Shown piece after piece: positions 9,399-18,697 of a stretch of DNA of 64,000 bases. The stretch is taken from contig CASFDI010000050.1 of assembly GCA_949293405.1 (NCBI GenBank), forward strand, positions 10,323 to 74,322, given 5' to 3'. Every line of letters starts with the position of its first letter. Positions within the stretch are counted from its first letter, which is position 1. Below the pieces are notes generated by a model, which worked only from the letters and a program-made list of their open reading frames with translations, did no database searches and was not told the DNA's origin. The stretch comes from an uncultured bacterium. Lineage in GTDB: Bacteria; Bacillota; Clostridia; Oscillospirales; CAG-272. The translations under genes and the position numbers were made by a program.

Positions 9399-10523
9399 TT
9401 AAACTTTCACATTCTTTTCAATGTAAAACGGCAGTGTATTGTGTCCGCTGAGCTGGCAGTTGTCCGAAATCAGCACCTGTTTGTCTGCAACGACACAGTT
9501 GACCAGAGAATTGTTGCCCACATAACAACCGCCGAACAGCACCGAATTGCGCACCACGGAGCCCCGTCCCACACGGACACCGCGGAAAAGAATGGAATTC
9601 TCCACCGTACCTTCAATGACGCACCCGTCCGCAATCATGCTGCCGCTGACCGACGCGCCTTCCCTGTACAGAGTGGGAGGAGAGTTGTGCACTTTGGTGA
9701 ACAGCGGACGGTCGCGTTTGCCGAACAGCTGCATTCTCGCATTTTCGTTGGAGAGAAGCTCCATGCTGGCCCGGTAATAATCCTGAAAATCCGAAACAGG
9801 AGCCACATATCCGGTGTAGCAGTATGTATAAAAGTTCTGGCTTTCCGGACTGCGCATGATCAGGTCATTGGTCAGACTCTGAAAATTGTATGCGATCGCC
9901 TCATCCAGAAGCTGGGCCAGAAAAGCAGTGCGGAACACGAAAATGTTGATAAACAGCTCCTGATTGGACTGCATGAAGGTCCGGCTGCGTGCGATGCGCT
10001 GCACCTTGCCGTCCCCGTTGGTCTTGACCATCATCTGACTGACTTTCGATGAAAAATCAGGCTTGCAGGGGGTGGTCACCATGGTCAGATCCGCCCCATT
10101 GGCATGATGCATGGAAATCACTGCGTTGAGATCGATATTGCAGATGATGTCACAGTCGGACAGAACCAGCGTATCCTCCTTCATCTGCCGGATGTACGAG
10201 GTCATACTCCGCAGCGCTTCCAGACGGTGGGAGTAATACTCCGAACTGTGGGCAAAGAAATACGGAGAGATAAATTTGATTCCCCCGGAACGCCGCGCCA
10301 TATCCCAGTCCTTACCCGCGCCCAGATGCTCCACCAGTGAACGGTATTTGGAGTTTGCGATGACGCTGATATTGGTGATGTTCGAGTTGACCATATTGGA
10401 GAGGGCAAAGTCGATCAGACGGTATCTGCATCCGAACGGAATGGCTGCAACCGTGCGGTCTTCCGTGAGACTGGAAAAATTGTCCTCATTCAGATTGGAA
10501 AAAATGATTCCTGCCGTGCTCAT
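9399..10523 (-). CDS. glgD: glucose-1-phosphate adenylyltransferase, regulatory GlgD subunit
   Basis: 374 aa paralog of GlgC. It lacks the GGxGxRL motif and has [40 protein letters not shown] instead. It overlaps glgC by 4 nt. Confidence 0.9.
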   Translation of the reverse strand: MSTAGIIFSNLNEDNFSSLTEDRTVAAIPFGCRYRLIDFALSNMVNSNITNISVIANSKYRSLVEHLGAGKDWDMARRSGGIKFISPYFFAHSSEYYSHRLEALRSMTSYIRQMKEDTLVLSDCDIICNIDLNAVISMHHANGADLTMVTTPCKPDFSSKVSQMMVKTNGDGKVQRIARSRTFMQSNQELFINIFVFRTAFLAQLLDEAIAYNFQSLTNDLIMRSPESQNFYTYCYTGYVAPVSDFQDYYRASMELLSNENARMQLFGKRDRPLFTKVHNSPPTLYREGASVSGSMIADGCVIEGTVENSILFRGVRVGRGSVVRNSVLFGGCYVGNNSLVNCVVADKQVLISDNCQLSGHNTLPFYIEKNVKV

Positions 10524-11686
10524 GTCCGATCTCCTTTCTCTTCTGCGGCGATCACCGTTCCTTTTGCAATCACGCGGATGTGATCCTTGTCACCCTGTCT
10601 GTCGCCCACCACGGCACCGTCGCAGATCTCCGAATCACTGTCAACAATCGAATAGAAAACTGTCGCGCCGGCATGTACCGTGACATCATCCATAATCACA
10701 GAATTCTCCACCACGGCGCCCTCTTCAATCACCACGCCGCCCGAAAGGATGGAATTCCTGACGCATCCGTTGATAACGCATCCTTCGGAAATCATACTGT
10801 TCTGAACGGTCGCGCTCTGTCCGATGAACTGGGGCGGACGCGCCTCGTTGCGCGAGAAAATCTTGAAGTCGGTCTTGGACAGGTCCAGCAGCGGCCGCTC
10901 ACCGATCAGGTCCATGTTGGCTTCCCACAGGCTGCTGATGGTTCCCACATCCTTCCAGTATCCCGAGAAGGTAAACGCAAACAGCCGCTCCTTGTTGTTC
11001 AGAAGATTGGGAATGATATTCTTGCCGAAGTCGTTGGACGAGCCCGGGGTGTTCTCGTCATCGGTCAGATACTGAATCAGCGTCTGGGTATTGAATATGT
11101 AAATGCCCATGGACGCCTGATTGTTCTTGGGCTTTTTGGGTTTTTCCTCAAACTCGTAAATACGGCCGTCCGGATTGGTGTTGCAGATGCCGAAACGGGA
11201 AGCCTCCTCCATCGGCACCTCAATGGTGGCAACCGTGCATACCGCCTTGTTCGCTTTGTGCGCGGCGAGCATGGCAGCGTAATCCATCCGGTAAATATGG
11301 TCACCGGACAGGATCAGGACATAATCGGGATCATATTTGCGGATAAACTGAATATTCTGGTAAATGGCATTGGCAGTTCCCTTGTACCAGTCCGACCCTT
11401 TGCTGCCCTGATACGGTGGCAGCACACTCAGACCGCCGCGGGTACGGTCCAGATCCCACGGCGCGCCGTTTCCGATATATTCGTTCAGTGCCAGCGGCTG
11501 GTACTGCGTCAGCACTCCGACTGTATCAATTCCCGAATTGATGCAGTTGGAAAGCGGGAAATCGATAATCCGGTATTTCCCGCCGAAACTGACCGCCGGC
11601 TTTGCGGTCTGCTGCGTCAGTTCGTACAGACGGCTGCCCTGCCCGCCTGCCAGCAACATGGCAATGCATTCTTTCTTGCAATACAT
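10520..11686 (-). CDS. glgC: glucose-1-phosphate adenylyltransferase
   Basis: 388 aa with [14 protein letters not shown] and [32 protein letters not shown] precedes the ATG. Confidence 0.95.
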   Translation of the reverse strand: MYCKKECIAMLLAGGQGSRLYELTQQTAKPAVSFGGKYRIIDFPLSNCINSGIDTVGVLTQYQPLALNEYIGNGAPWDLDRTRGGLSVLPPYQGSKGSDWYKGTANAIYQNIQFIRKYDPDYVLILSGDHIYRMDYAAMLAAHKANKAVCTVATIEVPMEEASRFGICNTNPDGRIYEFEEKPKKPKNNQASMGIYIFNTQTLIQYLTDDENTPGSSNDFGKNIIPNLLNNKERLFAFTFSGYWKDVGTISSLWEANMDLIGERPLLDLSKTDFKIFSRNEARPPQFIGQSATVQNSMISEGCVINGCVRNSILSGGVVIEEGAVVENSVIMDDVTVHAGATVFYSIVDSDSEICDGAVVGDRQGDKDHIRVIAKGTVIAAEEKGDRT

Positions 11687-11732
11687 GAGCGTCCTCCATG
11701 TAATAAAAATGTTTATTGAAGTTGGTCATCAG

Positions 11733-13646
11733 TCAGGCTTTACGCGTCCGGCGGCGCGCAGATGTCCGCTTGCAGGGACGGAACATCACGCCGCTGAGCG
11801 GATGCATCGTAAACGAAACGGCATAACTGCCGTCCGGCTGTTCTGCGGCACGCAGCGGCTCGCGGGGGGATCCGTCTCCGTCGGTTTCAAACACGATTTC
11901 ATAGACATCCCCTTTTTCGGCAGGAAGCGCCACCGTCTGCTCCACTCCCGAAAAGGTGATGCAGACATGCACAGAGGCTCCGTCCGCGGCGACCCGTGTG
12001 TAAGCCACCAGATTCTGATCGGCATCGTCCGGCAGAATCCAGCGAAAGCCGTCGGGTACAAAATCCTGCTCCCACAGAGCAGGCGTGCGCAGATAAAAAT
12101 CGTTGAGCGCCGCGACATACTGGGAGAGCGCCGCATGCGCGGGATAATTCAGCATGAACCACTCCAGCGAAGAAGCATAATCCCATTCGCGGAACTGACC
12201 GAATTCGGTGCCCATGAACAGCATTTTCTTGCCTGGATAGGTCATCTGAAGCATCAGGGCTGCGCGCACCTGAGCGAATTTTTCTCCATAGGAGCCGTGC
12301 ATTTTGTCGATGAAGGATTTCTTGCCGTGCACCACCTCGTCATGAGAAATGGGAAGCACATAGTTTTCACCGAACGCATACATCAGCGGAAAGTTCAGCG
12401 CACTGTGGTGATACTTCCGGTATACCGGATTCAGGGACAGATACTCATAGAAATCGTTGGCCCAGCCCATGTTCCATTTCAGATTGAAGCCCAGCCCGCC
12501 TTCAGACACGGGATGCGTCACCCCGGCGAAAGCAGTGGACTCCTCGGCGATCATCAGCACATCCGGGAACTCGCCGAAAACCGCGCTGTTGAGTTTCTGC
12601 AGAAAAGCAATGGCTTCGAGATTGTGATTGCCGCCGTATACATTCGGGAACCATTCGCCCGGCATCCGGTCATAGTCCAGGTACAGCATGGATGCGACCG
12701 CATCCACACGCAGGCCGTCGATATGAAACTCCCGCAGCCAGTACAGCGCAGAGGAAACCAGAAAACTCTGGATCTCCTGGCGTCCGAGATCAAAGAAGCG
12801 GGTTCCCCAGGAGCGGGACTCCATCCGGTCGTACCCCTGATATTCGTACAGCGGGCCGCCGTCAAACTCGTAAAGGCCCCATTCGTCCTTGGGAAAATGC
12901 GCGGGCACCCAGTCCAGCAGAACGCCTACTCCCGCGCGGTGCAGCACATCCACGAAATACCGGAAGTCATCAGGTTCTCCGAAGCGTGAGGTGGGGGCGA
13001 AAAATCCGCACACCTGATATCCCCACGAGCCGTCGTACGGATACTCGGTCACCGGCAGAAGCTCCACATGGGTATACCCCATCCGCTTGGTATAAGCGGC
13101 GAGCTTGTCCCCGAGGGTCCGGTAATTGAGGTAATCACCGTTCTCATCGCGCATGAACGAGCCCAGATGTACCTCATAGATGTTGACAGGTGCGGAAAGA
13201 TACCGGCCGTCACGGCTGCATACCGTATCGCGTCTGTGATCAAGCCAGGGGCCGTCCTGCCACTTATACGGAACATCGGATACAATCACGGTGGCACCGT
13301 CATCCCGCCCCATGGAATAAAAGGCATAAGGATCGCCCTTCAGATGTACACCGGCGCGCGATTCGACGCGGTATTTGTACCGTTTTCCCTCCAGAGGCTC
13401 ATCGCTCACATACACCAGCTCCCAGATGCCCCCTTCGGAAATCCGGCGCATCGGAATGCCCAGCTTCCAGTCGGAAAAATCCCCTACAACATGCACCGAT
13501 GCGGCATTGGGCGCCCAGGTGCGGAAGGTATATGCGACCTTTCCCGTCCCGTCCGCCGCACGGTGGCAGCCCATGTAAGCATATGCAGTATAATTGGTCC
13601 CCTGATGAAAAAGGTATTCGCCCAGTTCCTGTTTTTTCTGTTCCAT
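11733..13646 (-). CDS. glgB: 1,4-alpha-glucan branching enzyme
   Basis: 637 aa with the GH13 branching-enzyme motifs DWVPAHF, GLRVDAVASMLY and MIAEEST. An AGGAGG SD lies at 13651..13656. Confidence 0.95.
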   Translation of the reverse strand: MEQKKQELGEYLFHQGTNYTAYAYMGCHRAADGTGKVAYTFRTWAPNAASVHVVGDFSDWKLGIPMRRISEGGIWELVYVSDEPLEGKRYKYRVESRAGVHLKGDPYAFYSMGRDDGATVIVSDVPYKWQDGPWLDHRRDTVCSRDGRYLSAPVNIYEVHLGSFMRDENGDYLNYRTLGDKLAAYTKRMGYTHVELLPVTEYPYDGSWGYQVCGFFAPTSRFGEPDDFRYFVDVLHRAGVGVLLDWVPAHFPKDEWGLYEFDGGPLYEYQGYDRMESRSWGTRFFDLGRQEIQSFLVSSALYWLREFHIDGLRVDAVASMLYLDYDRMPGEWFPNVYGGNHNLEAIAFLQKLNSAVFGEFPDVLMIAEESTAFAGVTHPVSEGGLGFNLKWNMGWANDFYEYLSLNPVYRKYHHSALNFPLMYAFGENYVLPISHDEVVHGKKSFIDKMHGSYGEKFAQVRAALMLQMTYPGKKMLFMGTEFGQFREWDYASSLEWFMLNYPAHAALSQYVAALNDFYLRTPALWEQDFVPDGFRWILPDDADQNLVAYTRVAADGASVHVCITFSGVEQTVALPAEKGDVYEIVFETDGDGSPREPLRAAEQPDGSYAVSFTMHPLSGVMFRPCKRTSARRRTRKA

Positions 13647-13678
13647 GAAACCTCCTGATGCAAATCAACTTCTCATAC

Positions 13679-13707
13679 AGTATATGCTGCGGCAGATCGG
13701 ATTATGA
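13679..13707 (-). promoter_or_regulatory. sigma-E-type (mother-cell) promoter candidate for the glg operon
   Basis: The minus strand reads TCATAAT, 14 nt, then CATATACT. The remembered B. subtilis sigma-E consensus is kmATATT / CATACAmT. The -10 ends 33 nt upstream of the glgB ATG. Confidence 0.45.
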
Positions 13708-13746
13708 GGCAAAATCGTTCTTGCAACGCCTCATCATGTTTTGCTT

Positions 13747-13775
13747 ATTATATCATACTTCAACAAAATTGTCAA
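13747..13775 (-). promoter_or_regulatory. sigma-A promoter for the glg operon (perfect consensus)
   Basis: The minus strand reads TTGACA, 17 nt, then TGaTATAAT (extended -10). It sits in an AT-rich intergenic region. Confidence 0.65.
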
Positions 13776-13828
13776 TTATTTTGACCTGTAAATAACAAAT
13801 TTATCTAATAAATAACCGGCATTTAAGG

Positions 13829-13856
13829 AAAAAGCAGGGCAAGGCCCTGCTTTTTT
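13829..13856. terminator. bidirectional intrinsic terminator after the fumarate hydratase alpha gene
   Basis: AAAAA-GCAGGGC-aag-GCCCTGC-TTTTTT. The T-tract overlaps the TAA stop at 13855..13857. Confidence 0.8.
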
Positions 13857-14709
13857 ACAAAACCGCCTGTGCATGGCGCGTCACATGGCAGCTGATATTG
13901 ACCGCGACCGGCAGACCGGCAATATGGGTAGGAGCCTGCTCGATATGTACCGCGAAAGCCGTGGTATCGCCGCCGAACCCCTGAGGGCCGATTCCGAGCC
14001 GGTTGATCCGCTGGAGCAGCCGGCCTTCGAGAGCAGCGTAAGCGGCATCCGGATTGGCAGAGCCGACCGGACGCAGCAGCGCGCGTTTCGCAAGCAGGGC
14101 GACCGATTCGAAATTGCCCCCGATGCCCACCCCTACCACGATAGGCGGACAGGGATTGGAGCCCGCGCGACGCACCTGCTCAGTCACAAAATCCGCCACA
14201 TCCTCCTCCGTTGCGGCAGGAGTCATCATCTGCAAAGCACTCATGTTTTCGCTGCCGAATCCCTTGGGTGCTGCAATCAGGCGCAGATCGTCTCCGGCAT
14301 GAGTGGAAATATGAATCACGGCAGGCGTGTTGTCCCCCGTGTTGACCCTGCCGTACAGCGGATCGCGCACCACCGAACAGCGGAGCGCGCCGTCGCGGTA
14401 AGCGCGTGCAACACCCGCATTGATGGCTTCTTCCAGTGTACCGTCGCACACACAGACCAGATTCCCCACATCGGCGAACACCACCGCCATACCGGTATCC
14501 TGACAGATCGGAATCTGCATATCGCGCGCTGCGTGCAGATTGTCTTCCAGACGCTCCAGTACCTGTCTTGCAAGAGCGTTCCCTTCCCTGCGGCATGCCT
14601 GCCCGATCGCGTCCACCATGTCGTCGGGCAACTCATGATTGGCTTTCAGAAATAGTTGAGCGACCGCATCGGCAATCTCCGAAGCGGATATCTGTCTCGG
14701 CTGCGCCAT
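13855..14709 (-). CDS. class I (Fe-S) fumarate hydratase / tartrate dehydratase-type hydrolyase, alpha subunit only
   Basis: It contains IPICQDTGMAVVF, NTGDNTPAVIH, KGFGSENMS, CPPIVVGVGIGG and LPVAVNISCH, typical of the Fumerase N-terminal family. I prefer the start at MAQPRQ (14709) over ORF M1 (14730), which would overlap yabQ. Confidence 0.85.
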   Translation of the reverse strand: MAQPRQISASEIADAVAQLFLKANHELPDDMVDAIGQACRREGNALARQVLERLEDNLHAARDMQIPICQDTGMAVVFADVGNLVCVCDGTLEEAINAGVARAYRDGALRCSVVRDPLYGRVNTGDNTPAVIHISTHAGDDLRLIAAPKGFGSENMSALQMMTPAATEEDVADFVTEQVRRAGSNPCPPIVVGVGIGGNFESVALLAKRALLRPVGSANPDAAYAALEGRLLQRINRLGIGPQGFGGDTTAFAVHIEQAPTHIAGLPVAVNISCHVTRHAQAVL

Positions 14710-14722
14710 GTTTTCCCTTACC

Positions 14723-15241
14723 TCATACATACGCGCCGGTATGCGGCCCCAGTCTGCTCCGGCGTGCTTTCCTGTTATATTTCACAATATATATCATAAC
14801 ACAGAGCCGCCGCAATTGCAAGAGGAAAAACCGGACCGGAAGCAGGACAAACCGCAGCACCAGCAGCACGGGACGCAGCAGAAGGGCGCACAGCAGAAAG
14901 ACCACATGCAGAATCCGGTCCCGCAGAGCGGTCAGTGCCGCCGCGGGCCGCCGTCCGGCCAGACACAGCAGAAGCCAGACGCCGAAAAACGCGACCGCTG
15001 CATACAGCCGGACTGTACCGCTGAAATAATGCACACTCAGCACACCGAACAGCAACACACCGGACAGCCCGCAGAACAGACTGACCGCACCGGAAAGGGC
15101 GTGCAGAAACCGGTATCCCAGTCTGCCCGCTTCCCGGTACAGCAACGCCTTCAGGATCTGATGAACCGCGCCGCAGAGCGATCCGCAGAACAGGAACGAC
15201 AGGAAAACCGAAAAACTCTCCGAAAGCGCAAAGTCGTTCAT
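14723..15241 (-). CDS. yabQ: spore cortex biosynthesis membrane protein YabQ-like
   Basis: 172 aa multi-TM protein directly after yabP with an ATGA overlap. The call rests on its position in the conserved yabM-N-O-P-Q order. Confidence 0.6.
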   Translation of the reverse strand: MNDFALSESFSVFLSFLFCGSLCGAVHQILKALLYREAGRLGYRFLHALSGAVSLFCGLSGVLLFGVLSVHYFSGTVRLYAAVAFFGVWLLLCLAGRRPAAALTALRDRILHVVFLLCALLLRPVLLVLRFVLLPVRFFLLQLRRLCVMIYIVKYNRKARRSRLGPHTGAYV

Positions 15242-15522
15242 CCGAACAGGCCCCGCAGGCCTTTCTTCTCAGCTGCTTCTTTCCCGGCATAGTACACGCC
15301 GGTCACGGTCCCGACAACCACGATTTCCGTGCTGGACGGATCCAGTTTGAGCAGCTGCAGTCCGCGCCCTTCCACTGTCGCACGCCCGCAATCGGTCTCT
15401 GCCGTGACCTCCCCGTCATCAAAGTGCAGCACTTTGCGTACCCCGGTCATATACACCTTTTCCCTGCCTTCAATCCGCACCTGATGGCTTGCTGCGGTTT
15501 CCGAAATCTTCGCGGTATCCAT
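15238..15522 (-). CDS. yabP: sporulation protein YabP
   Basis: 94 aa. The motif series HQVRIEGREKVYMTGV..VLHFDD..ETD..L.V.G..L.L..L is typical of YabP. Confidence 0.8.
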   Translation of the reverse strand: MDTAKISETAASHQVRIEGREKVYMTGVRKVLHFDDGEVTAETDCGRATVEGRGLQLLKLDPSSTEIVVVGTVTGVYYAGKEAAEKKGLRGLFG

Positions 15523-15570
15523 AAGAAAACACCCCCCGCACCGTTTTATTACAAACTATGCGGGGGGTGT
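15523..15570 (-). terminator. intrinsic terminator between yabO and yabP, abutting the yabP ATG
   Basis: The minus strand reads ACACCCCCCGCA, an 18-nt loop, TGCGGGGGGTGT (12-bp perfect stem), then TTTCTT, then ATG. Confidence 0.6.
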
Positions 15571-15581
15571 ACGGAATATGC
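15553..15581 (-). promoter_or_regulatory. sigma-E-type promoter candidate for yabPQ, nested in the terminator hairpin
   Basis: The minus strand reads GCATATT, 14 nt, then CATAGTTT. The -35 starts 1 nt after the yabO stop. The -10 lies in the hairpin loop. Confidence 0.4.
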
Positions 15582-15582
15582 C

Positions 15583-15828
15583 TCACTCCGAAAGTACTTC
15601 GTACAGTTCGGCGGCTTCTGCTTTCCTGGTCGTATCCCGGATCCCGGTAACACGCACTTTCAGCGTACGCGCACCGAAGGTGATCTCGATGATATCCCCT
15701 TCCTTCACATCATAGGAAGCCTTCGCGGCACGCCCGTTTACCGTCACATGGGCGGCATCGCAGGCCTCATTGGCTACCGTGCGCCGCTTGATGATCCGGG
15801 AAACCTTCAGATATTTGTCAAGGCGCAT
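15583..15828 (-). CDS. yabO: RNA-binding S4 domain protein (YabO/Hsp15-like)
   Basis: 81 aa. MRLDKYLKVSRIIKRRTVANEA..V.VNG is an S4 domain signature. Confidence 0.85.
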   Translation of the reverse strand: MRLDKYLKVSRIIKRRTVANEACDAAHVTVNGRAAKASYDVKEGDIIEITFGARTLKVRVTGIRDTTRKAEAAELYEVLSE

Positions 15829-15833
15829 GGGAA

Positions 15834-16109
15834 TCAGCCGTTGACCTTGTCCTTGAGGGCTTTCGCAGCCGTAAACGCAATCGACTTGCTGGCGGCAATG
15901 GTGATTTTCTCGCCGGTTGCCGGGTTGCGCCCTTCGCGCTCGCCTCTGGTTTTCACTTCAAAACTGCCGAACCCGAACAAAGCAACCTTATCGTCGTTCG
16001 CAAGCGCGTCTGCCACAGCATCCAGCGCCGCAGATACGGCGGCATCAGCCTGCTTCTTGGAAAGAGCTGCTTCTTTTGCCACAACATCAATCAATTCGTT
16101 TTTGGTCAT
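15834..16109 (-). CDS. hup: DNA-binding protein HU
   Basis: 91 aa with MTKNELID..FGSFEVKTRGEREGRNPATGEKI. Confidence 0.95.
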   Translation of the reverse strand: MTKNELIDVVAKEAALSKKQADAAVSAALDAVADALANDDKVALFGFGSFEVKTRGEREGRNPATGEKITIAASKSIAFTAAKALKDKVNG

Positions 16110-16150
16110 TTTCCCTATTACCTTCCTTTTCTGGGTTTTGGTATGTAGGC

Positions 16151-16179
16151 ATTATAGCATTATTCCCCCGAGAATGCAA
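16151..16179 (-). promoter_or_regulatory. sigma-A promoter for hup
   Basis: The minus strand reads TTGCAT, 17 nt, then TGcTATAAT. The -10 ends about 42 nt upstream of the hup ATG. Confidence 0.55.
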
Positions 16180-16214
16180 GAGTTTTCTGCAATTTTATGT
16201 CGCAGAAGGCGTTT

Positions 16215-16916
16215 TCATGCCTTTTCCGGTCCGGCATCTTCCTGCTCCAGGGCACACCGGACCAGGCGCTCGTTTTCAGCGTGCAGAATCGCTTCGGCAT
16301 CCAGCCCGCACGCCTCAGCATACCGGCACAGGGCACTCAGCAGTTGCCCCAGAGCCTGCGGCCGCTCCGGCACCGGGGCGGCCGACAGCGCTTGTGCCAG
16401 AGACTGCAACGCTCCGGGCGAGGGCACGAGGGCCTGTCCCGACTTTGCGGCGATTTTCTGCCCGCGCATCAGGGCGGGCAGCACACGCGGAACCGCGTTC
16501 AGCTTGTCCCCCAGCGTTCCGTGCGCCTTTTCAGCACTTTTGATCTTCTCCCACTGTGCGCTGACCTGCTCTTCGGTCCGGCAATCCGAGTCTCCGAATA
16601 CATGCGGATGCCTGCGGATCATCTTTTCCACGATTCCCTCTGTCACCTGCGAAAAAGAAAACGCGCCGCGTTCTTCCGCCAGCACGGCATGAAATGCAAT
16701 CTGGAAGAGCAGATCTCCCAGTTCCTCGCACAGCAGGGTGTCATCGGCGGTGTCGATCGCCTCCACCACCTCGTAGGTTTCCTCAATCAGATGCTTGCGC
16801 AGGCTGGCATGGGTCTGGGCACGGTCCCACGGACACCCCTGCGGCGCACGCAGGCGGCGGACCAGTCCGAGCAGCCCCTGCATGTCGCCGGCGGGCAGTT
16901 TTTCATCCTGTGTCAT
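16215..16916 (-). CDS. mazG: nucleoside triphosphate pyrophosphohydrolase MazG
   Basis: It has CPWDRAQTHASLRKHLIEETYEVVEAI and EELGDLLFQI, the MazG EExxE/D motifs. The start is taken at MTQDEK (16916), which is preceded by GAGAGGAGAGAA. The ORF extends to 17039. Confidence 0.85.
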   Translation of the reverse strand: MTQDEKLPAGDMQGLLGLVRRLRAPQGCPWDRAQTHASLRKHLIEETYEVVEAIDTADDTLLCEELGDLLFQIAFHAVLAEERGAFSFSQVTEGIVEKMIRRHPHVFGDSDCRTEEQVSAQWEKIKSAEKAHGTLGDKLNAVPRVLPALMRGQKIAAKSGQALVPSPGALQSLAQALSAAPVPERPQALGQLLSALCRYAEACGLDAEAILHAENERLVRCALEQEDAGPEKA

Positions 16917-17050
16917 TTCTTCTCTCCTCTCAGAGGTGGTCTTTACCGGATTCGCCGGATCATCCGGATCCGCATGCACACGGATCCCCTTTCCGCAATT
17001 CTTCTGCACAAAGCAGCTGCGTCCGGCTCCTGCCGGCATAGTGAGGCGGT

Positions 17051-18670
17051 TCAGCGGGAAGAACGGATCAGGCGGAATTTTATCAGAAGCGGAAGCAGGC
17101 GTGCACCGAACGGAACCGAAAGCAAGTCCTGCCGGTTGAGAATCCCGGTTTTGAGAATGATCAGAAGATACAGCATCCCGGAAAACGCAACACAGAGCAA
17201 TACCGCAGCCGGATCACCGGTCAGTCCCTGCAGCGGAATATACAGCAACCGCCCGATTCCCACCGCGCCCACTCCTGCGGCTAGCGGAGCCAGCACCGTC
17301 GCGGCAATACGCGGAACAAAGGCCGTATAGCGGATCAGCAGAGCAAAGTTGATCAGCACCGCCATCCCGTACCCTGCCACCGTGGACAGCGGAGCCGCAA
17401 GCGCTCCGAGCGCCGGGTTTGCAAGTCCGATGAAAGCCAGCACGCCTTTGACCGACACGGCGGCAAGCATGGACCAGAGTGTCAGGTTTGCTTTCCCGTA
17501 CACCTGCAGCAGCCCGCTGCTGACCGTCAGCAATCCGGACAGCACGACCGCCGGAGCAATCACCGCCAGCATAGGGGCACCTGCAAGAGCACTGCTGCGG
17601 GGATAAAGAAGTGCAAGCAAAGGAAAAGCAAAGCAGAAGAACCCTGCGGCAATCGGAGCGGTAATCACCGTCCCGAAGCGCAGCACCGAATCGGAAACTG
17701 CAGCAGCCGCTCTCCTGTCGCGTCGCGCGCGTGCAGCGCTCAGGGCCGGCGTCGCCGATGTGACGATGGGATAGACCAGAACGGACGGCAGGTGGAAGAG
17801 CGGGAGCACCAGCGTGGAGTAATTGCCGTAAGCGGCAGTCGCCTGCGCCACCGTCATACCGCTGCCGGAAAGCCGCCGGATCATCAGGAACAGATCGAGA
17901 ATCCCCATCAGGTTCATGACCGACGCGGCGAGCGAAACCGGAATAGCAATTGCAAGCACCCGACGGAAGAGGCCGGGAGCCGGTCCGCTGTCAGACGCAT
18001 CCGGGGCGGGCAGTGACGAGCGGTACGGCAGAAGCAGGAGCAGCGACACCGCGCTCCCCAGACTCACGCCCAGAATGGAGGCGGCGGCCGCCATAGGCAG
18101 TCCGAGGCCACGCGACAGCGCCATCTGGGCAAACAGGATCCCGCACGCAAGCCGGATGCCCGCTTCCGCTATCTGGGAGAGCGCGGTGGGCATCATGTTT
18201 CCCTGGCCCTGCCAGTATCCGCGCAAAACGCCGGTCAGCGCAGTAAAGGCGAGCGTGGGCGCCACTGCGATCATGGCGAACCGGCTGTCCGCATTTCCGA
18301 TCAGAGCGGAAACCGGGCCGGCAAAGCAAAGCAACAGCCCGGTACTGATCAACCCAACAAGCAAAAAAATGCGGGCAGAAACCGACACGAGCCGTTTTAC
18401 GGCCCGGAGTTGCCCGCGGCTGATCTGTTCCGATACCAGAATGGAAATGGCGGTGGGCAAGCCTGCGGTCGAAAGAACGAAAAGCCAGGCATACACCGTA
18501 TAGGCGCTGTTGAAGTACCCCATTCCCTCATCGGTGAGGATATGGGAGAGCGGGATCTTGTAGATGACGCCAAGCACCTTCACCAGGATGCCGGCTGCGG
18601 TCAGCAGCAGGACCCCTCCGAATACGCCGTGCCGGGCTTTTGCACCATGATCCCGGTTCCGCATAGGCAC
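17051..18670 (-). CDS. spoVB: stage V sporulation protein B / MOP-superfamily flippase (YabM/SpoVB-like)
   Basis: 539 aa polytopic protein. GILVKVLGVIYKIPLSHILTDEGMGYFNSAYTVY is typical of SpoVB/MurJ-like proteins. A GGAGGTG SD is present. It sits in the yabM position upstream of mazG. Confidence 0.75.
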   Translation of the reverse strand: MPMRNRDHGAKARHGVFGGVLLLTAAGILVKVLGVIYKIPLSHILTDEGMGYFNSAYTVYAWLFVLSTAGLPTAISILVSEQISRGQLRAVKRLVSVSARIFLLVGLISTGLLLCFAGPVSALIGNADSRFAMIAVAPTLAFTALTGVLRGYWQGQGNMMPTALSQIAEAGIRLACGILFAQMALSRGLGLPMAAAASILGVSLGSAVSLLLLLPYRSSLPAPDASDSGPAPGLFRRVLAIAIPVSLAASVMNLMGILDLFLMIRRLSGSGMTVAQATAAYGNYSTLVLPLFHLPSVLVYPIVTSATPALSAARARRDRRAAAAVSDSVLRFGTVITAPIAAGFFCFAFPLLALLYPRSSALAGAPMLAVIAPAVVLSGLLTVSSGLLQVYGKANLTLWSMLAAVSVKGVLAFIGLANPALGALAAPLSTVAGYGMAVLINFALLIRYTAFVPRIAATVLAPLAAGVGAVGIGRLLYIPLQGLTGDPAAVLLCVAFSGMLYLLIILKTGILNRQDLLSVPFGARLLPLLIKFRLIRSSR

Positions 18671-18697
18671 ACCTCCGTTTCCTTTACAGATATAACA

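Noticed and set aside
13781-13815. A plus-strand promoter-like TTGACC...TCTAAT in the glgB upstream region.
   Set aside because: There is no plus-strand gene downstream; the next feature is a terminator and a minus-strand gene. It is probably a by-product of the AT-rich spacer.
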